Assembly (NCBI RefSeq): GCF_028330765.1
Contig: NZ_JAQMTY010000079.1
Span: forward strand, 20,868 to 44,867
Source of the DNA: Spirulina subsalsa CS-330
GTDB taxonomy: Bacteria > Cyanobacteriota > Cyanobacteriia > Cyanobacteriales > Spirulinaceae
Direction of reading: 5' to 3'
DNA: 24,000 bases
A program made the translations under genes and the position numbers. Position 1 is the first letter of the stretch. The number at the start of each line of letters is the position of its first letter. Under the pieces are notes generated by a model. It saw only the letters and a program-made list of their open reading frames with translations. It had not been told where the DNA came from and ran no database searches. Positions 9,312-16,718 of the stretch are shown here, piece by piece.

Positions 9312-9351
9312 TCATCTGTAAGAACATTAAAAAATCGTGGAGGCTTAACCC

Positions 9352-9579
9352 ATGAACCACTTGTTAGCCGAAATGATCCAAAAAATCCAGATATTATCTG
9401 AACCGGATCAGAATCGTATTGCTAAAGATGTTATACAGTCCATTGATCGCATCCTCCAACAGACACAAGAAACGCCAAATTGTTCTCTCGTTCAGATGTT
9501 GCGATTGCCTATCTTAGATGAAGAGGAAATAATCTGTTTTGAGCGAGACAAGGATACAGGACGAGATTTTATTTTATGA
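9352..9579 (+). CDS. Putative antitoxin partner of VapC (VapB-like)
   Basis: A 75-aa ORF immediately upstream of the PIN toxin, with a 4-nt ATGA stop/start overlap (9576-9579). The composition is AT-rich and unlike the flanks. Confidence 0.6.
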   Translation: MNHLLAEMIQKIQILSEPDQNRIAKDVIQSIDRILQQTQETPNCSLVQMLRLPILDEEEIICFERDKDTGRDFIL

Positions 9580-10007
9580 AATATCTTCTGGATACTTGCG
9601 CTTTATCAGAATACTTGAAGAAAAAGCCGGATCACTCAGTGCTCTCTTGGATGTCTGAACAGGATGAGAATGCGTTATTTCTCAGTATTTTGACCATTGG
9701 TGAAATCAAAAAAGGGATTGTCAAGATAGAAAATCTTCATCCTGAAAAAGCCAGGATGTTATCGCAGTGGCTTGATAGCATAGAAGCGCGGTTTACATCT
9801 CGTATTCTGCCAATTGAGCAGGATGTGATTGATGTATGGGCAAAAATGTGTGGTGAAGCGTTGAGACGGGGGCAAAAACTTCCTGTCATTGATAGTTTAA
9901 TTGCTGCAACCTGTCGCTATCACAATTTGAACTTAGTGACTCGCAACGTTAAGGATTTTTCGATGATGAATGTTACTTTAATTAATCCTTGGAGTGGGGA
10001 GAAATGA
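9576..10007 (+). CDS. vapC: Type II toxin-antitoxin system VapC-family toxin (PIN domain)
   Basis: 143 aa. MKYLLDTCALSEY (first acidic residue), LSILTIGEIKKG and LVTRNVKDF are typical PIN/VapC motifs, and the gene is translationally coupled to the upstream small ORF. Confidence 0.85.
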   Translation: MKYLLDTCALSEYLKKKPDHSVLSWMSEQDENALFLSILTIGEIKKGIVKIENLHPEKARMLSQWLDSIEARFTSRILPIEQDVIDVWAKMCGEALRRGQKLPVIDSLIAATCRYHNLNLVTRNVKDFSMMNVTLINPWSGEK

Positions 10008-10018
10008 TGAGAAAATTC

Positions 10019-10039
10019 AGGTGCGATCGCTTCAGTCTC
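10019..10039. repeat. 21-bp direct repeat, right copy (aggtgcgatcgcttcagtctc)
   Basis: A perfect match to 9207-9227, lying 12 nt after the vapC stop codon. Confidence 0.85.
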
Positions 10040-10081
10040 AACCCCGCTCATACCTCTGCCCTCACAAACGATCTAACAATG

Positions 10082-10501
10082 CTAACTGAGGCTTTTTTCA
10101 ATGGCCTGGGATGGGCTGGATGATGTCGCTTGGGGTTCACCTGCTCCGGTCAGGGGGCAGGCGCAGGGGTCTTGGGCGAGCCATTGGGAGCCGACGGTGT
10201 GGAGGGCGGCGAGGACGGGGCGGAGGGATTCGCCTTTGGGGGTGAGGGTGTATTCAACGTGGGGGGGGACTTCGGCGTAGACGCGGCGTTCGGCGAGGCC
10301 GTAGGTGGTGAGGGTGCGGAGGCGGGCGCTGAGGGTTTTGGTGCTGATGCCGGGGAGGGCTTTGAGGAGTTCGTGGGTGCGGCGATCGCCCCCAAACAGT
10401 TCCCGCAGGATCAAGATTGACCATTTATTCCCCAACAGATCCACCACATATTGAATCGGGCATTGGGTCACGGGGGCGGCGCAATTGTCCGGGTTTGCCA
10501 T
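10082..10501 (-). CDS. HxlR-family winged-helix transcriptional regulator
   Basis: CPIQYVVDLLGNKWSILILRELFGGDRRTHELLKALPGISTKTLSARLRTLTTYGLAERRVYAEVPPHVEYTLTPKG is a textbook HxlR (DUF24) domain. The start is set at ATG 10501 (MANPDNCAAP); the ORF-track extension to 10600 is AT-rich promoter-like sequence. Confidence 0.88.
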   Translation of the reverse strand: MANPDNCAAPVTQCPIQYVVDLLGNKWSILILRELFGGDRRTHELLKALPGISTKTLSARLRTLTTYGLAERRVYAEVPPHVEYTLTPKGESLRPVLAALHTVGSQWLAQDPCACPLTGAGEPQATSSSPSQAIEKSLS

Positions 10502-10727
10502 GCGGATTACCTTGTGTTTTTTCTTTTGATTAATCCAGATTGGCGGGCGTACTGTCGCCCTTTGCCCGGAAAACTTAATAATTTGTAGAATCAGCCTCAA
10601 CCCCTGACGGCATCCTAATTGTTTCCCTTGGGAAACTTAGGGGTAGAGTCGGAAACCCTCTTGTCGGCTTGGGGGGCTTGCGCAAGGATGGGAGAACTTG
10701 AATGAACTTTCTTGCGAATTGCACCCT

Positions 10728-11804
10728 ATGGTTACTGCGTTGCCGACTCCCCAAATCGATGAGATTCGCCCCGGCGTGAAGGCTCCGGTGAAGGAAACTC
10801 TTTTGACACCGCGCTTTTATACGACGGATTTTGAGGCGATCGCCAAAATGAGCCTCGCGTCCCAAGCCGATGAACTCGAAGCGGCGATCGATGAACTCAG
10901 AGCCGACTACAATCGCCATCACTTCGTCCGCGATGATGAGTTTAACCAAGCCTGGGATCAATTGCCGGAACATGTGCGATCGGTGTTTGTTGATTTTCTT
11001 GAACGGTCTTGTACCTCGGAATTTTCCGGGTTTCTCCTCTTTAAAGAACTGTCACGCCGCCTCAAAACCGATAGCCCGAAACTCGCTGAAGCCTTTGGCC
11101 TCTTGGCACGGGATGAAGCGCGGCACGCGGGCTTTTTAAATAAGGCGATGGCGGATTTTGGTGTGTCTCTGGATTTGCGCTATCTGACGAAAAAACGCTC
11201 CTATACATTTTTCCCGCCGGAATGGGTGATCTATACGGTGTACCTTTCGGAAAAAATCGGGTATTGGCGTTATATTTTGACCTTTCGCCATTTGGAAAAG
11301 CAGCCGGAATATCAAATTTATCCGCTGTTTCGCTATTTTGAGCAGTGGTGTCAGGATGAGAATCGCCATGGGGATTTCTTTAAGGTGTTGTTGCGATCGC
11401 AGCCTAAACTTTGGAAAACTTGGACTTCTCGCCTCTGGGCCCGCTTTTTCCTGTTAATTGTGTTCGTTACTCATACCTTGACGGTGTTTGAGCGATCGGA
11501 TTTTTATGAAATGATCGGCCTTGATGCGAAAACCTATAACCGGGATGTGATTCGCAACACCAATGAAACCTCACTGCGGGCGTTTCCGGCGGTGTTGGAT
11601 ACGAGCCATCCGGACTTTTTCCGCCTCATGGAAGACTGTTCGGACGCGAATTTGGAGTTAACGCGCCTCAGTGAGAGCGATCGCCCGGCTTGGCTCAAAG
11701 CCCTGCAAAAATTGCCCCTCCAGGCCCGCATCGCTGGGAATATCCTGCGTCTCTATTTCCTCAAATCCATTGACGCGGAAGCGCAACGCGCCACGGTGCA
11801 TTAA
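10728..11804 (+). CDS. acsF: Magnesium-protoporphyrin IX monomethyl ester (oxidative) cyclase, aerobic (AcsF/ChlE)
   Basis: IRPGVKAPVKETLLTPRFYTTDF, plus di-iron carboxylate motifs (DEARHAGF; QDENRHGDFF), match AcsF. The start is chosen at ATG 10728 (MVTALPTPQIDEIRPG) by analogy with other cyanobacterial AcsF N-termini. Confidence 0.93.
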   Translation: MVTALPTPQIDEIRPGVKAPVKETLLTPRFYTTDFEAIAKMSLASQADELEAAIDELRADYNRHHFVRDDEFNQAWDQLPEHVRSVFVDFLERSCTSEFSGFLLFKELSRRLKTDSPKLAEAFGLLARDEARHAGFLNKAMADFGVSLDLRYLTKKRSYTFFPPEWVIYTVYLSEKIGYWRYILTFRHLEKQPEYQIYPLFRYFEQWCQDENRHGDFFKVLLRSQPKLWKTWTSRLWARFFLLIVFVTHTLTVFERSDFYEMIGLDAKTYNRDVIRNTNETSLRAFPAVLDTSHPDFFRLMEDCSDANLELTRLSESDRPAWLKALQKLPLQARIAGNILRLYFLKSIDAEAQRATVH

Positions 11805-11984
11805 GGCCATTTTAAAGTTGGTTGGGTGCATCCCACTGTTGCAGATTTCCATGGCTCGCCAGGGATCACCCTCATCCCCAGCCCTTCTCCCGCAGGAGAA
11901 AGGAGCCAAAAGCCCTCTCCCTCAGGAGAGGGTTGGGTGAGGGATTGCATAGCTGGGATGCACTCAGTTGGTTCACGCTGGTTC

Positions 11985-12019
11985 CCCCGTCTCCTGGCAT
12001 GAGGAGATGGGGGATTTTT
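11985..12019 (+). terminator. Candidate rho-independent terminator after acsF
   Basis: ccccgtctcc (11985-11994) pairs with ggagatgggg (12003-12012), with one G-U position, followed by g-a-ttttt (T run 12015-12019). Confidence 0.5.
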
Positions 12020-12081
12020 GCAGCGGTTGGCACTGGCTCCATCCTGTACCCTAGAGGCACAGACTCCACCCGTAACAACCG

Positions 12082-12768
12082 ATGCCCTCTGTAACCCTGT
12101 ATAGCTCCAACCGCTGCCCCTACGCCCACCGCACCCGCCTAACCTTGACGGCAAAGGGGGTAGAGTTTGAACGAGTCGAAATTGACCTTGACCATAAGCC
12201 GGAGAATTTTCACGAGATTTCTCCCTACGGAAAAGTGCCGGTGTTGGTGGTGGGGAGCGATCGCATTTGGGAATCCGCAATTATTAATGAATATATTGAT
12301 GAAGTATTTCCCGATCCGCCCCTGCTGCCCACCTTACCGGGAGAGCGGGCGATCGCTCGGATTTGGATCGACTTTGTGAACACCAAATTCACCACGGCCT
12401 TTTATAAACTTCTCCTCGCCCAAGACCCCGCCCAACAAGACCAGTGGCGCGAAGAACTGTACCACCATTGCCGCTTCCTCGAAACCGAAGCCCTCCAACC
12501 GGATCAGCCCTACATCCTCGGTGATACCTTGAGTTTGGTGGATATTTCCATTTATCCCTGGTTGGAGCGGTGGTCTGCGATCGCCGCCCATCGTCAATTT
12601 CCCCTCCCCGCCGACTGTCCGCGCCTCCAGCACTGGTGGCACACCCTCCAACAACACCCCACGATCCAAACCTGGCAAAACGACCCCGCCCAATATGTCG
12701 AAGACTATCGCCGCTATGCCAACAACACCGCCACCAGCACCACCGCCCAAGAACTGCGCCAACCCTAA
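12082..12768 (+). CDS. Glutathione S-transferase family protein
   Basis: 228 aa. The thioredoxin-like N-terminal GST domain is present (LYSSNRCPYAHRTRLTL..KGVEFE..EIDL..KPE.F..ISPYGKVPVL...ESAIINEYIDE), as is a helical C-terminal domain. Confidence 0.85.
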   Translation: MPSVTLYSSNRCPYAHRTRLTLTAKGVEFERVEIDLDHKPENFHEISPYGKVPVLVVGSDRIWESAIINEYIDEVFPDPPLLPTLPGERAIARIWIDFVNTKFTTAFYKLLLAQDPAQQDQWREELYHHCRFLETEALQPDQPYILGDTLSLVDISIYPWLERWSAIAAHRQFPLPADCPRLQHWWHTLQQHPTIQTWQNDPAQYVEDYRRYANNTATSTTAQELRQP

Positions 12769-12831
12769 GCCAAGCTCCGCCCCATTTTCCCCCATCCTCA
12801 GCCCCACCCCCCGTGGGGTTGCGAGGAAAAT

Positions 12832-13554
12832 ATGTCAAAATCAACGATTAATCATGCAATTGGTCAAGGGGAGCACAGCACCGTGACAGTTCAAGACATC
12901 ATCGATAAAGGCGGGGTCGCCATCTGGCCCTTACTCTTCCTCTCCGTTCTCGCCATGGGGGCAATTTTCGATCGCCTCTGGTTTTGGTCGCGTGTCCTGC
13001 TTCAAGAGCGGCAAATCCTGATGAGCGTCATGGACACCGCCTATCGTAACTGGGATGCCGCCGTCGAAGTCGCCCGCGACTACCGCGAGCATCCCATGGG
13101 TCGATTTCTCTATACCCCGCTTCATCTCACCCAACCCGAACCGGAGGTGTTTCATCTCGCCCTCGAAGCCGCCGCCGATGACGAACTGGCGATGATGCGC
13201 CGAGGCGATAAAATCCTCGAAGCCGTGATCGCCCTGTCGCCCTTACTCGGCCTCCTCGGTACAGTCTTGGGGCTGATTAATTCCCTCGGCTCGATCAGCA
13301 TTAGCGACCTTGGAACCGCCTCCACCGCCGGGGTCACGTTGGGGATCGGGGAATCGCTAATTTCCACTGCTGCCGGACTGGTGGTGGCGATTATTAGCCT
13401 CGCGTTTTATCGTCTCTTTCAGGCCTTTCTCTTCGGTCAAATCCGCGTTTTCCGCAAGGCCGGCAGCGATCTCGAAGTGCTCTATCGCCAACGGTGGATC
13501 GAAGCAGAACAGATGAAACAACCCCCCAGCCCGAAAAAAATCCTTGAGATTTAA
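12832..13554 (+). CDS. exbB: MotA/TolQ/ExbB proton-channel family protein
   Basis: 240 aa with three TM segments. The conserved C-terminal core is [17 protein letters not shown]...[23 protein letters not shown]. The gene is followed directly by an ExbD-like gene. Confidence 0.85.
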   Translation: MSKSTINHAIGQGEHSTVTVQDIIDKGGVAIWPLLFLSVLAMGAIFDRLWFWSRVLLQERQILMSVMDTAYRNWDAAVEVARDYREHPMGRFLYTPLHLTQPEPEVFHLALEAAADDELAMMRRGDKILEAVIALSPLLGLLGTVLGLINSLGSISISDLGTASTAGVTLGIGESLISTAAGLVVAIISLAFYRLFQAFLFGQIRVFRKAGSDLEVLYRQRWIEAEQMKQPPSPKKILEI

Positions 13555-13625
13555 ATCTGGTAATTGGGTGGGAAATGCCCATCCCACCGGCCCGAATTCT
13601 CTCCAGTTCGCCCCTTAAAATTCTG

Positions 13626-14330
13626 ATGAGTCAATCCCCCTCTACGCCTCCGAAAAAACGTGCCCCGGCCCCGGCGGCCCATCCCCTCCAGCTTTGGCAA
13701 GATAACCACAAACAAGAGGAAGTGCGGATTGAGATTATTCCGCTGATTGATGTGATTTTTTGTATTTTGACGTTTTTTATTTTGGCGGCGGTGGGGGTGT
13801 CGCGGCAGCAGGCGATTAGTTTGAACTTGCCGAAGGCGACGACGGGCACGGCGCAGATGCAGGAGATGTTGATCATCAGTTTGGATGATTTTGGGCAGGT
13901 GTATGTGGAGCAAAATCCGGTATCAACGCGAAACCAATTGTTTCAGGCGGTGGAGAGTTATTTTGCGACGCGGCCGGATGGGTTGATGGTGTTGTATGCG
14001 TCGAAGGAGGCGCGGTATGACGAGGTGATTCAGGTGTTGGATATTTTGCGAGAAGTGGGGGGCGATCGCGTCGCCTTAGCCACGCTCCCCGAAGGTCAAA
14101 CCCCGCAATCGGTTGAGCCTAACCCGATTGATCCCAACATGATCCCCAACGGTCTCCCCGACAGTGAACTCCCGCCGGACTTTGGACAACCCGGCCTCGA
14201 TCCCCTTGCCCCTAGTCCAGATAGTACCTTTCCCCCCACGGATGCCCCCGATTCCCTCGCTCCCCTCGGAGCACCGCCTATTCCCACCCCAGACCCGGAG
14301 CCGAATTTACCGGCTCTCCCAGCGGAGTAA
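13626..14330 (+). CDS. exbD: ExbD/TolR-family biopolymer transport protein with a Pro-rich C-terminal tail
   Basis: IEIIPLIDVIFCILTFFIL (TM) is followed by the ExbD periplasmic domain (ISLNLPKA...LIISLDDFGQVYVE...VLYASKEARYDEVIQVLDILREVG). ATG 13626 is preferred over the 13575 ORF start. The last ~80 aa are Pro/Asp-rich. Confidence 0.8.
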   Translation: MSQSPSTPPKKRAPAPAAHPLQLWQDNHKQEEVRIEIIPLIDVIFCILTFFILAAVGVSRQQAISLNLPKATTGTAQMQEMLIISLDDFGQVYVEQNPVSTRNQLFQAVESYFATRPDGLMVLYASKEARYDEVIQVLDILREVGGDRVALATLPEGQTPQSVEPNPIDPNMIPNGLPDSELPPDFGQPGLDPLAPSPDSTFPPTDAPDSLAPLGAPPIPTPDPEPNLPALPAE

Positions 14331-15342
14331 GGCCGGCGCGATCGCGGTCAACTTGCCAGCGTTTGAGGGCGCGGGAAAAGGCACTCAGCCCAGAGAAACC
14401 GAGGAGATAGGCCACTTCACTTTTGGTGAGGTCATCTTGGGTGAGGAGTTTGGCGGACATTACTTGGCGCACATCATCGAGGAGTTGGGTGAAGGTGGTT
14501 CCCTCCCGTTGGAGGTGATGTTGCAGGCTGCGGGAACTCATCATCAGGCAGGTGGCGACTTCCTGGATCGTGGGCAGATGGCCGTAGAGACTGATGGCGA
14601 GGATTTGCCGAACCCGATCGCTCACCAGATTGCCCACCGATTGCGTCAGGAGTACCTGCCCCTGCTGCTCAAACAGGTTAAAAAAATGGGGATTCGCCCC
14701 AATCACCGGCAACGTCAGCATCCGGCGATCGATCACGCAATAGGTTTCCTCGCCGCCAAACTGAAACGCCACATCGCCGAACGTCTCCCGATGCACCGTC
14801 AAGCCTGGATCATCGGATGGCGCAGCATAGTGAAATCCCATGCGTTGAATCAACTGGGTTTCCCGCCCCACCAACCGATCAAAAATACATTTGAGCGCAG
14901 ACATCACATAATCCACCACATACCGCTCCGCCGGATGCCAACCCATCTCACTGCTGGCGATCGCCAACTGCACAACCGTCGCATCTTGGCGCACCACAAA
15001 CCGCTCCACATCCGCCAACAGCCGCTCATACTGGGTCAAGATCGTCAACGCATCCCCCAGCGTTGGTGCATTCATCATCATGTAGCCCACCACCCCCAAG
15101 CTATTCAACAGCGCGTAGCGACCGAGCTTTAAGCCAATCTGTAGATCCTGAGTGACGCGGGCCAGTTCGTCCCACATGGCCCAGGCTTGCAGTACCGGAA
15201 AACGCGCCCCCGCTTGCAGCAGCATGGCCTGATCAATGCCGACTCGCCGCATCATGGGGGCGATCGCCACTCCGTGCGCTTGGGCCATTTGGAGAAAGGT
15301 ATAGATGAGGTGGGCAGAGACAGTCGGAGAACGCTGGAGCAT
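14278..15342 (-). CDS. AraC-family transcriptional regulator (N-terminal AraC-type ligand-binding domain plus C-terminal HTH)
   Basis: 354 aa. The C-terminal HTH_18 signature is present (TIQEVATCLMMSSRSLQHHLQREGTTFTQLLDDVR...SEVAYLLGFSGLSAFSRALKRW). The 3' end overlaps the exbD 3' end convergently by ~53 nt. Confidence 0.85.
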   Translation of the reverse strand: MLQRSPTVSAHLIYTFLQMAQAHGVAIAPMMRRVGIDQAMLLQAGARFPVLQAWAMWDELARVTQDLQIGLKLGRYALLNSLGVVGYMMMNAPTLGDALTILTQYERLLADVERFVVRQDATVVQLAIASSEMGWHPAERYVVDYVMSALKCIFDRLVGRETQLIQRMGFHYAAPSDDPGLTVHRETFGDVAFQFGGEETYCVIDRRMLTLPVIGANPHFFNLFEQQGQVLLTQSVGNLVSDRVRQILAISLYGHLPTIQEVATCLMMSSRSLQHHLQREGTTFTQLLDDVRQVMSAKLLTQDDLTKSEVAYLLGFSGLSAFSRALKRWQVDRDRAGLTPLGEPVNSAPGLGWE

Positions 15343-15567
15343 TGCACTAATTCGGATGCTTTACAAAATTTCACGGGGCATTGTGCATAAGGCCAAACTT
15401 TTGGCGTTGTCGGCCAACCTCATTTTTGATTAACCCTTTCATAATGCAACAAATAGCATCTTCACCATCATCATCGGGTGAATATTTCAGGTCGTCGTTG
15501 GCTCGATGTCTGAGGTTCAGCAGATCGTAAAGTGCATTTTTAATCCTGACATTTGCCCTCAACCCCC

Positions 15568-16572
15568 ATGTCTACCTCCTTAAAACTCTCTCGAAAACGT
15601 GACGCGATCACACCTTCTCCCAAAACAATGCCTTCCCAAAAAGGTGCGATCGCACCCCCCACGACCACCCTCCCCCCTGGGGCGTTGATTGATAATGTCA
15701 GCCAAGCCGCGCCAACCGTGCAACGGCAAGCCACCGGAGCAACCGCCGCCCCGGTCGAAATTGAATCCGAAATTCACCGCGCCCAAGGCAGCGGCCAAGC
15801 CCTCGACCCGCAGCTACAGCGTTCCATGGGTCAAGCCATGGGAGCCGATTTCAGCCATGTCAAAGTCCACACCGATCGCACCTCAGATACGCTCAACCAC
15901 GCCCTCCAAGCCAAAGCCTTCACCACCGGCAGCGATGTCTTTTTCCGCCAAGGGGAATACAACCCCAGCAGCAAAGGCGGCCAAGAACTGATCGCCCACG
16001 AACTCACCCACGTCGTCCAGCAAACCGGCGCAGCGGTGCAACGTCAACACGATCCGATCATTCAACGCCTAGGTTTGTCAGACGCATCAAAACACCTCAC
16101 TTCCCCTGATCCGGCTGCCGATCAAGTAGCACGGGCCGACTTTATTCGAGACAATTTTAGTGATTTTTGGTTTCGACTCCGGATGGATCGGCCATTATGT
16201 GATGCAACATTAGACTTTACTGATAAAAATCTTGCCGGTGAAAACCTGAGAATCATTCGAGATGCCTACCATGCGTCGATTGGTTTGCCGGCCATTTTCG
16301 ATCAATATATTCCCTATGATGGGCCTGATTATGTCAATATTGGCTCTCGTTTGAGAGATCGATTAATCGCCCAAGGTCGAGATAATTTTACGATGACAGA
16401 TATGGAAGAAGTATTAAGAGAATTAGCTGGCCCCGTGAGAACTATAATTCACAATGAACGAAGTAAGCCAGCATTTGCAGCCGATTACATTGCGATGTCC
16501 GATGCGTTTGGATATGGTGCTGGAGGGGGGCGTGAGCGAACTCGGGGGCGGGGTGATGCTAGTGCAGACTAA
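15568..16572 (+). CDS. DUF4157-like HExxH domain protein with an unrelated AT-rich C-terminal domain (copy 1)
   Basis: The core GSGQALDPQLQRSMGQAMGADFSHVKVHTDRTSDTLNHALQAKAFTTGSDVFFRQGEYNPSSKGGQELIAHELTHVVQQ matches the DUF4157 pattern as I remember it, with HELTH encoded at 15997-16011. The ATG at 15568 is preferred over TTG 15553. The C-terminal ~170 aa have no recognisable family. Confidence 0.8.
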   Translation: MSTSLKLSRKRDAITPSPKTMPSQKGAIAPPTTTLPPGALIDNVSQAAPTVQRQATGATAAPVEIESEIHRAQGSGQALDPQLQRSMGQAMGADFSHVKVHTDRTSDTLNHALQAKAFTTGSDVFFRQGEYNPSSKGGQELIAHELTHVVQQTGAAVQRQHDPIIQRLGLSDASKHLTSPDPAADQVARADFIRDNFSDFWFRLRMDRPLCDATLDFTDKNLAGENLRIIRDAYHASIGLPAIFDQYIPYDGPDYVNIGSRLRDRLIAQGRDNFTMTDMEEVLRELAGPVRTIIHNERSKPAFAADYIAMSDAFGYGAGGGRERTRGRGDASAD

Positions 16573-16718
16573 TAATGATGCTTGAATATCTTTCTATTAC
16601 GTTCATTCCCTTAATTTTGGATCATGAAATAGAGGCTACTCAGTATAGGAAAAAAGTTAGTCAAAAATCTCTAGAGGTTGATCGCAAGCAATAGAAATTC
16701 ACGATAAAAAAAAGACTC

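Noticed and set aside
8765-9355. 196-aa Pro/Arg-rich plus-strand ORF, together with other alternative-frame ORFs over 8493-9107
   Set aside because: These are overlapping frames of the PhyH-like CDS in a GC-rich region. They are low-complexity with no motifs.
11801-12280. 159-aa minus-strand ORF spanning the acsF-GST intergenic region
   Set aside because: It runs through the hairpin-repeat cluster and overlaps the start of the well-supported GST gene. Its Pro/Gly/Arg-rich translation is typical of repeat-derived spurious ORFs.
14164-15132. 322-aa plus-strand ORF
   Set aside because: It is antisense to the AraC-family CDS, which has clear HTH motifs. Its translation is His/Arg/Pro/Gln-rich low-information sequence, so it is judged a shadow ORF.
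15371-15562. 63-aa minus-strand ORF between the araC-type gene and HExxH gene 1
   Set aside because: It starts at TTG, overlaps the upstream end of the HExxH ORF, and lies in an AT-rich stretch that is more simply the promoter region. I saw no convincing RBS or motif. It cannot be fully excluded as a small protein.
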